From: Amoeboradix gromovi X-113
Taxonomy: Eukaryota > Fungi > Sanchytriomycota
Direction: 5' to 3'
Assembly: GCA_018985225.1 (NCBI GenBank)
Contig: JADGIF010000428.1
Location: 1 to 8,744 of the forward strand
Length of the DNA stretch: 8,744 nt
Shown here: one piece after another, positions 1 through 7,954 of the stretch
Position numbering within the stretch: position 1 is the first letter of the stretch
Layout of the letters: each line of letters starts with the position of its first letter
The notes under the pieces: generated by a model
Seen by the model: the letters and a program-made list of their open reading frames with translations, nothing else
What the model was told of the DNA's origin: nothing
The model's database searches: none
Made by a program: the position numbers and the translations under genes

Positions 1-364
1 TTTTGGCAAATGGTAAATCAATTCTTAAGAAATGACTAACAGGTACAGCATACATTCGTCTCAGACTGAGGAACTGGTCCAAACATGGAAGAATTAGATG
101 TCTTTCAATGCCTAGAAAGAGATCAACGATAAGTAAACCCGTAAACCATTTATTTAATAATTCATCTGTGATTGGTCTTACCGAATTGCTACAATAGAGA
201 CAATATGGCAGCAAGGAACATATACATCAAGCATCTGCATCCTTATTTAATCCCGCCTCAGGGTAGTGAAAGCGTGAGCAACCGCTGTAACGGAGCATCT
301 AGCATTGCTAGTTTCTCTGTGGAAATTCTCGATTTTCTCGGAAATCAGGACTTTTAATGAGGAG
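1..364 (+). mobile_element. Decayed 3' end of an IS607-type Fanzor2/TnpB element (C-terminal RuvC remnant plus right end); the 5' part lies outside the window or is lost
   Basis: Frame +1 at 193-222 reads NRDNMAARNI, matching the TnpB/Fanzor RuvC-III motif DRDxN(A/G)AxNI (Asp codon GAC at 199-201). The same frame upstream has several stops but includes FWQMVNQFLRND and DVFQC, which loosely resemble Fanzor2 segments. Bases 194-364 are homologous to 2628-2790. Confidence 0.75.
238..364 (+). ncRNA. Candidate Fanzor omegaRNA scaffold, copy 1; putative guide starts at about 365
   Basis: Lies directly after the RuvC-III motif, where TnpB/Fanzor omegaRNAs are encoded. It is conserved with copy 2 (42/50 nt at 257-306 vs 2684-2733; 19/23 nt at 342-364 vs 2768-2790). 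It has a long-range stem (240-248 TCCTTATTT with 342-350 AAATCAGGA) and a GUGA-tetraloop hairpin at 265-286. Confidence 0.6.
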
Positions 365-1045
365 AGTAAATAACAATGAAAATATTTAGTAAAACCACAA
401 AACTTGGCACTGCAAATCTTGCACATTGGCTTTACCGATGGTTACTCGATTACATAGTTGAGTAGGATTACGCTGCTTTTGTATCTTAATTGAAATAAAG
501 TCCAAACTTTTTCCTATTCAAGTTCTTCTTTCTACACAGCAGAGTCACCATTATAGTAGTGTCAACCTACTCTGTCATAAAGTCCTTTATTACTTCTCAA
601 TCAAGAGCATGCATGAGAAGTAAAATCCGAAAAAGTCCACTAAGCTTTATGAAGCAGTTCCAGCTGATGCAAATGATGGGCTATCTGAATAAATAGCTGC
701 GCTTAAGTCACTTTGCTGCTATTCAAGCCTTCCAAATGACTGTAACAACAGCGGTTTAAATCTTGTTTCAATTCTTGCGGAAGATTCGATGTTGTGAAGA
801 TAGTGCAAGAATCATTAATCGGAAATTGGCTGTTTATAAACTGGGCTTCAAGAGCTCTTCCTTCGAAAGAAGCACATCAAATTGTGTACTTCTTGTGTCT
901 CATTTTCATCAACATTACTTTCATTGACCCTTAAAACTAGATGTACTCATTTTATTACTTAAATTGTGCAACGCGATTAACCGGCTTCAGTTAACAAGAT
1001 GCGCGAATGTCTTGAGCAATGCAGGGTCAACTTGATGAGAACAAA

Positions 1046-1681
1046 TTATTTATTTTCATTTTCAAGCTCTTTAAATATCTCCAGTCTAGCTTTCTGTAAC
1101 GGTGACTGCGATCTTATTAACTCTATCTGCGTTAAAAGTTTATCATTGGCAGTATCAATAAACTTCCTACAATATTTGTTGCTCCTGTGTTTAATTAACC
1201 TGTACTTAACTCCAAAGGATAACAATCCAATGGCACTACAGCATGTAAATAATGTCAAAGTGTTCCTAATCGATTCTTGTTGATGCCATTTTTCACCATG
1301 TTTAAGCCTAACGTGAATACCATAAAGAATAAAAATAAAAATAAGTGCAGCACTGTATTGGAACCAGAGAATACGTTCCTTTTCAAATTTATTTAGTTCC
1401 TCCTGAACCAAAGAGGAATTAGAAGAATAATCTATTTTGGGTATTCTAAAAACTAGATTAGGAACCTGGTCTTTGAGCTGAGTTATATGAAGTAGCTGCA
1501 TATCTTGTATCCCTTTGAAATAACCGGAATAATAACCCTCAATTTCTTTTAATTTTGACAAATCGCTGAATATGTTGTGCGAGGGCTTAAACGGTCTTAG
1601 TTCGCTTTTCAGCTTATCTAGTGCCATGGATTCAATAAATACTGCTTTACGTAGCAATTCATAAACGAAAGACTTTTGCAT
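1046..1681 (-). CDS. Uncharacterised 211-aa protein with two predicted transmembrane helices
   Basis: ATG-to-TAA ORF of 636 nt in AT-rich DNA. Hydrophobic segments WFQYSAALIFIFILYGIHV and TLTLFTCCSAIGLLSFGV are each followed by basic residues. No family recognised. Confidence 0.6.
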   Translation of the reverse strand: MQKSFVYELLRKAVFIESMALDKLKSELRPFKPSHNIFSDLSKLKEIEGYYSGYFKGIQDMQLLHITQLKDQVPNLVFRIPKIDYSSNSSLVQEELNKFEKERILWFQYSAALIFIFILYGIHVRLKHGEKWHQQESIRNTLTLFTCCSAIGLLSFGVKYRLIKHRSNKYCRKFIDTANDKLLTQIELIRSQSPLQKARLEIFKELENENK

Positions 1682-1734
1682 TTGTTACAAAAATGAAAAT
1701 ATATTTAAATGTGCCGTTTTTATTTAAAATCGAT

Positions 1735-2289
1735 TCAATAAGGTCTACCGCGACCTCTACCACCCCCACGGCCACCTCTACTTCCTCCACGACCACCGAA
1801 ACCACGACCGCCACCACGACCGCCAAACCCTCTGCCTCCGCGACCACGACCTCCTCTGCCTCCTCTAGAAGCGCCTTTGGGTTTATTTTCTTTGGGCTTT
1901 GGCAAAAACCTTTCAAAAGGAAGTAGCTTTTCTTCTCCAATATAAATTTCATCATCTTTTTTGAAGGAACTTACAACAAATCCATCTTGTAGTGTAACGC
2001 TCAAAATTACTTGGTTGATAGGTCCTAAGATCTCATCTACTTTCCCCAAGGCTTGCTTTGTTGCCGTAAATACATAAGCATTAAAATATGGAATTTTTTC
2101 ATGGGTAGATTTTACCACCAGCTGACCCTCACAAGTATGTGTAACATTACCTAATTTTACGATAGATTCCGGTTGCATCGGATTTCCCTGGTTTCTATCA
2201 AAAGATTGCCGTCCACCTCGTCCGCCAAAGCCTCTACTTCCTCCTCTAGAATTTCCTCTTCCTCCAAATCCTCTTCCTCCTCGGTTCAT
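1735..2289 (-). CDS. GAR1: H/ACA ribonucleoprotein complex subunit Gar1
   Basis: N- and C-terminal RGG/FGGRGG tracts flank the Gar1/Naf1 core (HTCEGQLVVKS...KIPYFNAYVF...LGKVDEILGPIN...KLLPFERFLPKP). Intronless, ATG to TGA. Confidence 0.97.
   Translation of the reverse strand: MNRGGRGFGGRGNSRGGSRGFGGRGGRQSFDRNQGNPMQPESIVKLGNVTHTCEGQLVVKSTHEKIPYFNAYVFTATKQALGKVDEILGPINQVILSVTLQDGFVVSSFKKDDEIYIGEEKLLPFERFLPKPKENKPKGASRGGRGGRGRGGRGFGGRGGGRGFGGRGGSRGGRGGGRGRGRPY
1740..1870. repeat. Low-complexity coding repeat (CCACGACC/CCTCTACC-type units) encoding the Gar1 C-terminal RGG tract
   Basis: Repeated ccacgacc / ccaccacgaccgcc units that translate on the minus strand as GGRG repeats. Confidence 0.85.
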
Positions 2290-2602
2290 CCTTCTTTGAT
2301 ATCGGGTAATAGTTTATATTTTTATAGCGCTTTATCTGCCATGAAGACTTGATTTAAGATTATTCATTGACTATAAAAATGGGGATTTAAAAAAATATCT
2401 CTCAAACACTAACAGATTGTGAATGAATAAAACATTTATTGTGGTGATATGGGATTATCGCTCCAATACTCTCTTGGAAGATATCTCTAACCCATCAGAA
2501 TCTCGATATTTGTCTTTTCATCTAGGACATTTGAATCAGAAAGTGTGAAATTTAAGACACCGCCAAGCAATAATTACAGCATTCTACACGCAGAAAACAG
2601 AA

Positions 2603-2790
2603 ACTGGTCTAAAAGTGAGGAAAGCAGATAGCGACAATATCACAGCATGGAACACAGCCTGTATACATCCTGATTCGACCCATCTCATGGTAGTGGAAGC
2701 GTGAGCAACCACTCTGACAGAGTAACTAGCATTCTGAATTTCTCTTAACTTGTTCTCAATTTTTAGCAAATAAGGACTCTTAACGACGAG
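2603..2790 (+). mobile_element. Second, more decayed Fanzor2/TnpB 3'-end remnant (non-autonomous); left boundary uncertain
   Basis: 2603-2656 translates as TGLKVRKADSDNITAWNT, a degenerate (C)GL...DRDNxAARNI. 2628-2654 matches 194-220 at 23/27 nt. Homology with copy 1 continues to the GAG at 2788-2790. Confidence 0.75.
2666..2790 (+). ncRNA. Candidate Fanzor omegaRNA scaffold, copy 2; putative guide starts at about 2791
   Basis: Homologue of 238-364. Contains the hairpin AGTGG-AA-GC-GTGA-GC-AA-CCACT (2692-2713), the hairpin ACTCT-GAC-AGAGT (2711-2723) and a long-range pairing of 2668-2675 TCCTGATT with 2769-2776 AATAAGGA. Confidence 0.55.
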
Positions 2791-3601
2791 CTTAGGATAA
2801 GATAAAACTGTTTATTACACTTTTTATGGAAGTTTCAAAAGTCTAAGTTAGTGATGAACTCAGCCAATAAACTTTAAATGATATCATAAATCAAAGAGCT
2901 GAGTTAAACATCCGCGCAAAAACTTACCTAACGTGATGTATAACTATTTATATTAATCCTTCTAATTGAACAATACAGGTCTTTCCATATTATTAATGTC
3001 CAACGATGCAGAGTTGTTTAAGATAATTGAATGCTTTGCGGCAGCTGATAAGCCAAGACTGTATCTTTGTATCATTTATTTCCATTCTTGAACCAGTCCC
3101 TTCGTGTCAAAGCGCACATTAGGTGTTTTTCCTTTCTTTAGAATTGACATGGAGTGACAGAGCACAGAAAGCTGTACTTCTTGTATCAGGCCCACGACTC
3201 CTTAAACACGTGTTTTGTTAGTGTCCAAATTTTTCGTCTCAACACAAACATTATGAATTCGGGGCATTAATATTTGGTAAGTTTGTCGGAAAAGATGCAT
3301 ACCGCACCACCACACAGAGTCCTCGGATTTTATTTCGAGCAAAGAAGACATAGGTTTCCTTATCCTTTAGATTAATGTAGCCCATATACATAATTTGCGA
3401 TATTCTGTAAAAGCATTATTGCGTCCACGTAGTTCCATCAAGTGGTAAGTGTTTGCCTGGATGATAAATGTACCACACTGAGTCGGTTTATTATTCGGTT
3501 TTTTAATTAAGAAACTGAACTATTCACTGCTTATGATATATTTTTTGCTCTGAGCATAATTCTCATTTAGACAAGATTAAATAGTATGTTGAATAAATAA
3601 T

Positions 3602-4498
3602 TTACTGAAAAGAACTAACTTTATACGCTTCATAAGGATCATATTCTGGATCTGAATCGTTATTGAATTTGCCACTTTTCTTGGTTTTGGAGCTTGATAT
3701 TTCTGATGGCTGAGGAAGCTTACTTGTCATAAGAGTAGCTGTAGAGTCTTTCATTGATGAGCTACTAGGTGGTCGCAACATGTCATTTCTCTTCTTCCTT
3801 CTGATATAGTAATAAATACCAAATACAACTAGTAGAAATCCAAGTATTGAAGCAGCAATTATAGTTCCAAGCTGCCAAGGTGATACAGGAACTGGGTCAC
3901 TTAGTTGCTCCCAAGGCTTACCACACTGCTCTTTAATAGAACTTTGTGCATTATTCAAGTTGTCTGCACCGTAATCTTGCAGTTGGAGCGTTGATAGGTA
4001 ATCTTTGGCAGCCAGCGCAGATCTCATACTCTCACGCGTGCAGCTATCGCAAGGATAAAACCCATTCTTGTTGTTAGTCAAGTAGTCTTGGATTGAGTTA
4101 CCATGCTGCTCCATTTGTTCAAGTCTATTGGATAAGCAGTTGTATCCTTGAGACGGATGAGCAGTGCATGCAGATCGGTAGTATTGACTAAGCAGATCAG
4201 GATTACTGTAGTTAGCTGTAGTCATGCAGTTGTGCCACAGATTGATTACATTTACACATTTAGTATTGCACATCTTGACCATATCTGCCTTAACTCCAGC
4301 AAATGAAAGATCCTGAAAGGTAGTCATGCAAGTAACAAATGTATTTTGGTCGATTGGCGCTAAGACGCAGGTAGTATTCTTGATTTCCACTACTGGATAC
4401 ATGTGAACGTAAGCTACACTATTCGGGAATTCCTTCAATGTAAAATCCCATTGATTTATGGACATTTGAAGACTGGAGGGGTAAAAAGGGGAAGCCAA
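3602..4498 (-). CDS. Single-pass (type I-like) membrane protein with a Cys-rich ectodomain; the true 5' end probably lies further upstream (about 4724)
   Basis: The N-terminal two-thirds are Cys-rich. One strong TM helix (LGTIIAASILGFLLVVFGIYYYI) is followed by the stop-transfer RRKKR and a Ser-rich tail. The track's start is a TTG, which is unlikely in a eukaryote. The same frame continues upstream past one TAA (4516-4514) into a signal-peptide-like stretch. Confidence 0.75.
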   Translation of the reverse strand: MASPFYPSSLQMSINQWDFTLKEFPNSVAYVHMYPVVEIKNTTCVLAPIDQNTFVTCMTTFQDLSFAGVKADMVKMCNTKCVNVINLWHNCMTTANYSNPDLLSQYYRSACTAHPSQGYNCLSNRLEQMEQHGNSIQDYLTNNKNGFYPCDSCTRESMRSALAAKDYLSTLQLQDYGADNLNNAQSSIKEQCGKPWEQLSDPVPVSPWQLGTIIAASILGFLLVVFGIYYYIRRKKRNDMLRPPSSSSMKDSTATLMTSKLPQPSEISSSKTKKSGKFNNDSDPEYDPYEAYKVSSFQ

Positions 4499-5053
4499 AA
4501 AGAAATAGAGGGTTTAATTTGTAAGATGTCCAAAATCCCAAAGAAATTGTAGATCCCAAGTAATAGTAAACTGATCTCTGCAGAAAATTACGCTAAAACT
4601 GAAATTGCAATTAATAACAGCAAATTCCACTAAATCAATTGGTTCAGTAAACGAATGCCCATTGCTAAATACGGCTCCAAGCACTGATGCTAGTGAAAAG
4701 GCAATAACGAGGTACCGGAGCCATTTGTTACGAGTTCTATTATGTTAAGGTCGATTTAGATTTCCCGCTGTTTCTATGCGTTGTTATAAAGTTGGTAGTG
4801 CCTTTTGCCTATTCAAGGTGCATTGAGTCTGCCTATTCTCAAATTGCTTCATCTTGAATTTTTAAGACAATTTTCTTGCTACCAAGGTTTGGATGCGTTT
4901 AATAAACTTCAACTTTTGATTGGCCTTCATATAATAAATTTGTATGCGTTACATCTTGTTCGTCATTGCCTACTTGAATTTTAAAGCCAATCAAACTTAG
5001 TAATTAAGTAAAAAAGGTGTTTAAAGCAGAGAGATGATAATATAATCCATTCA

Positions 5054-6388
5054 ATGTGCAATGGAGTTAAAAAAACTGGTGAAAAACCTTGTCGAAATAA
5101 GAAGTTTCCTTGTTGTCAATTACATATAGATCAAGAATCTTCAGCTGAAGCGAAGAAGAATCAAGAAAAGCAGCAAGAACTGTCACCTGCTGCCTCTCCC
5201 GGTTTTAATGAGATGTATTATACATATCATGGAGAAATTGTTTTAGCCGCACCACTCTGTAAACCTACGGATATCAAGTCAAATATTACAAATCAAAGTT
5301 CGCCAAGTACGAAAGCAAATCAATCACCATCATTAAGGGTACCACATTTATCACCAACAGCACCCCAGGAGTTATTGTCAACAGCCCAGTACGTAAAACC
5401 TCTTTCAGAGAAACCAGATAAAAAGAAAGGAAAAAAACATAAACCAAAGCGATTTAAAAACATAAAAGATGCAAAGAAACATGTTTATAAAACTACGAGA
5501 GGTAGAATGGAGGTCTTCAATCTGAAAAACTCCAGCAAAGTTGCAGATAACGTGCGATCAAAAGCGCTAAAAATCTGGCTTACCATGGCAGAGCTAGACG
5601 AAGTTTTTTGCCAAGAAGAAAGTTGTAATAGGCTAGCTGAACATGGCGGGCACATTGAATCCAAAAATAGTGAATATATTAAATATGCAATTATAATCCC
5701 GCTTTGTGCTGGGCACAACAATCCTAGCAATGTTAACGCTTTTTTTACTAAGGAAGATACGTTATTTGTGGTGCTCTATGCCAAAATTAGTGACTATTCC
5801 GATCGAAAGGCAATTGATATGAAAGGGTTTAATGAATTCAAATACAGACCTCAACAGAAAAATAAATCGCGGAAGAATAAAGTAATTACGAAGAAAAAAA
5901 TGCAGGGAAATATTAAGGGAGAAGTAACTAAATCAGTAAAAAGAATTTTTGAGAAATATGGGGATATATTAGAGACTGATATCGTTATTGGAAAAGCTGA
6001 CAATGGAAAAATCGGTTCATTCGAAAAGAGTCAGTTTTATAAAAAGGAAAATTACGAGTTTCAAGCACTGTATGAAACTGATAGCATTGCAAAAGCACAA
6101 GAATATTACGAAGTTATTCAGTTACATCTTAAAAGTAAGAGAAAAGAGATATTGAGCAGCAGAAACAAGCCAAAGAGTGGAAATGACAATATAAGTGACA
6201 GCGAACTTGAATATAATGATAAAAATAAAAGTTCAGATGACAATGAAGGTGAAACTGTAGATGACAATGAAAGTAAAAGTGTGAAAGATACTACTGAAGT
6301 TATTTTGCACACTTGGAAAGAAATAAAACAAGGTGCAGACGTCGGAATATTTACACCATTAGTTCTCTATATGGTGTACAAAAAGTAA
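5054..6388 (+). CDS. 444-aa basic protein: N-terminal C-x6-G-x3-C...C-x2-H zinc finger, central His-Me/HNH-like treble-clef domain, possible degenerate GIY-YIG-like C-terminal region
   Basis: Intact 1335-nt ORF. Residues 2-24 are CNGVKKTGEKPCRNKKFPCCQLH. Residues 186-222 are CQEESC...GGHI...IIPLCAGHN. Lys-rich NLS-like tracts are present. The ORF is confident; the domain calls are by eye. Confidence 0.75.
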   Translation: MCNGVKKTGEKPCRNKKFPCCQLHIDQESSAEAKKNQEKQQELSPAASPGFNEMYYTYHGEIVLAAPLCKPTDIKSNITNQSSPSTKANQSPSLRVPHLSPTAPQELLSTAQYVKPLSEKPDKKKGKKHKPKRFKNIKDAKKHVYKTTRGRMEVFNLKNSSKVADNVRSKALKIWLTMAELDEVFCQEESCNRLAEHGGHIESKNSEYIKYAIIIPLCAGHNNPSNVNAFFTKEDTLFVVLYAKISDYSDRKAIDMKGFNEFKYRPQQKNKSRKNKVITKKKMQGNIKGEVTKSVKRIFEKYGDILETDIVIGKADNGKIGSFEKSQFYKKENYEFQALYETDSIAKAQEYYEVIQLHLKSKRKEILSSRNKPKSGNDNISDSELEYNDKNKSSDDNEGETVDDNESKSVKDTTEVILHTWKEIKQGADVGIFTPLVLYMVYKK

Positions 6389-7954
6389 ATGCATGAGTTG
6401 CATTAAATTGCCGAAAACATTCGTTGATAAGATGAAGATCAGCGCCACAAATAAGGTTAATTACAGTGCTACACTGATATTTTACAACTTTATTTTATCT
6501 CTAGTTGCCATTTTGATAAACCGCGTCCCATTGGGACAGAGTACCAGATTTGCACATCTATATTACTACGTTATACTTATAAATGTACGAGACCCATTCT
6601 GACAAAAGGTTCTCGTTCCCAAGTAGGAGGAACATCGGGAAACCACATTAGGATTGCGACATCTTCATATCATCGGATACGAGAGCTTATCAGTAATAAG
6701 AAGCAATATACTGTGACAGTAAAGATGGCAGACAAAAGAAAGACATCCGGATGCTGCCTTGTTTGTGAACAAGATGGCATTACAAACATTAAGACAATAC
6801 GAAATTTGGTTATCGGCTGAGTTATTGCAAATATGATCCAGTGCTAATCAGCTAAGGTATTTTGAAAAACATTGCCAGTGTATTTTTCATATTAAGAAAC
6901 GGTTTGATGGCATATTATGGGACTGGCATATCTTTCCAGATGGTACTCAGACTTAGAGCTGGGATATTTTCTGAAATTTGTCCTATATAATGTTTCGTAA
7001 GCTTTGCATAGAATGATATAAAAGCGTACATTTAAAGCTGAGGCAGGTTAGCAATTGATAAAAAGTTTATGTCTGACCTACTTTGGGTGTAACTAGAGGC
7101 ATTTGACTTGGCTAAGTTGTTTTTTCAAAGTTGGAAAAACATCCAACTTAGATCATTTCATTGTAATTGAATTTGCTATGAAACAAGCTTTTATTAGACA
7201 GCAGAATCATTTGATTTCCAAGGTCGCAGGTACATCACTGGATTAAAGAGTGCGCAGGGACTCCACTCACTCATTAGTAAAGGTGTGCTACAATACAAGT
7301 GTATTGTTATGTTCTGAATATCTCTAGTCTCAGTAGTACTTAGCAATCACTTGCATACTTCCTCTTATGAGCTTCCGCGTGCCTCAACAGTTAGTACTAG
7401 AACTGTTTTCAATTAAAACGTTTTTCAATCAAGATACCAAGTGTCAATCACATCTACAAGTAAATGATGATCTCCAATATCATTATTCATTCTAGTGCCT
7501 AGAACATAATTCAAACAAGCGTTTACGACCCCATAGAGAATCTAATGCAAATTAAGAAAGTAATTTTATTATGATATCATTTTACGTCAGCGGTAATAAG
7601 TTGAAAATCTACAACAAAATTGGACAATAAAATCTTAAGCTCTCCTACAATGAGAGATTAGCAAGGCTTCATCATGTTATACATTCAAAAGACGAAGATA
7701 CAACTTCAAATTAACTACCGCATGAAATTACTTTTTAAGAATACTAAACGTTGAAACGTACTACGGTTACTGTGAATTGAGGTCTCTACTGGCTTACTTT
7801 TTTGCAGGCCAGACCTCGCATTGCAGCCATTTAAAGATAGAAATTTTTAGCGGCACCGTTAACCCAAATGTGAATTTCTTAAATAAATCATAGTTCTCTT
7901 CGATTTTATTGGCGTATTTTATAAAACATTCAGTCATACGAATAACACCATTTA

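Noticed and set aside
299-311. Perfect hairpin CTAGC-ATT-GCTAG as a conserved scaffold element or terminator
   Set aside because: The 3' arm is not conserved in copy 2 (CTAGCATTCTGAA), so it is unsupported as a shared structure.
172-357. 61-aa ORF as an independent gene
   Set aside because: It has a TTG start and is just the last stop-free stretch of the decayed Fanzor frame running through the candidate omegaRNA.
390-990. Decayed coding sequence in 390-990 (and similarly in 2830-3500)
   Set aside because: Short open stretches exist on the minus strand, but I could not recognise any family motif, so no call is made.
999-1283. 94-aa + strand ORF
   Set aside because: Antisense shadow of the longer 211-aa ORF, with no recognisable motif.
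1659-1955. 98-aa (V/E/A-rich) and 77-aa (Thr-rich, mucin-like) ORFs
   Set aside because: Alternative-frame and antisense readings of the Gar1 RGG repeat.
2584-2769. 61-aa minus-strand ORF
   Set aside because: Antisense to the Fanzor right-end remnant, with no coding evidence.
194-2790. Repeat pair as LTRs or as a CRISPR array
   Set aside because: There are only two diverged copies, no TG...CA ends, no gag-pol between them and no regular spacing. The RuvC-III codons explain them as Fanzor ends.
4514-4516. TAA/TAG reassigned to Gln (non-standard nuclear code), suggested by the in-frame TAA
   Set aside because: The long Gln-containing ORFs (184, 211, 298 and 444 aa) contain no internal TAA/TAG, and three of them end plausibly at TAA.
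5485-6602. Short ORFs 5485-5730, 6118-6312 and 6393-6602
   Set aside because: The first two are antisense shadows of the 444-aa gene. The third is short and motif-free.
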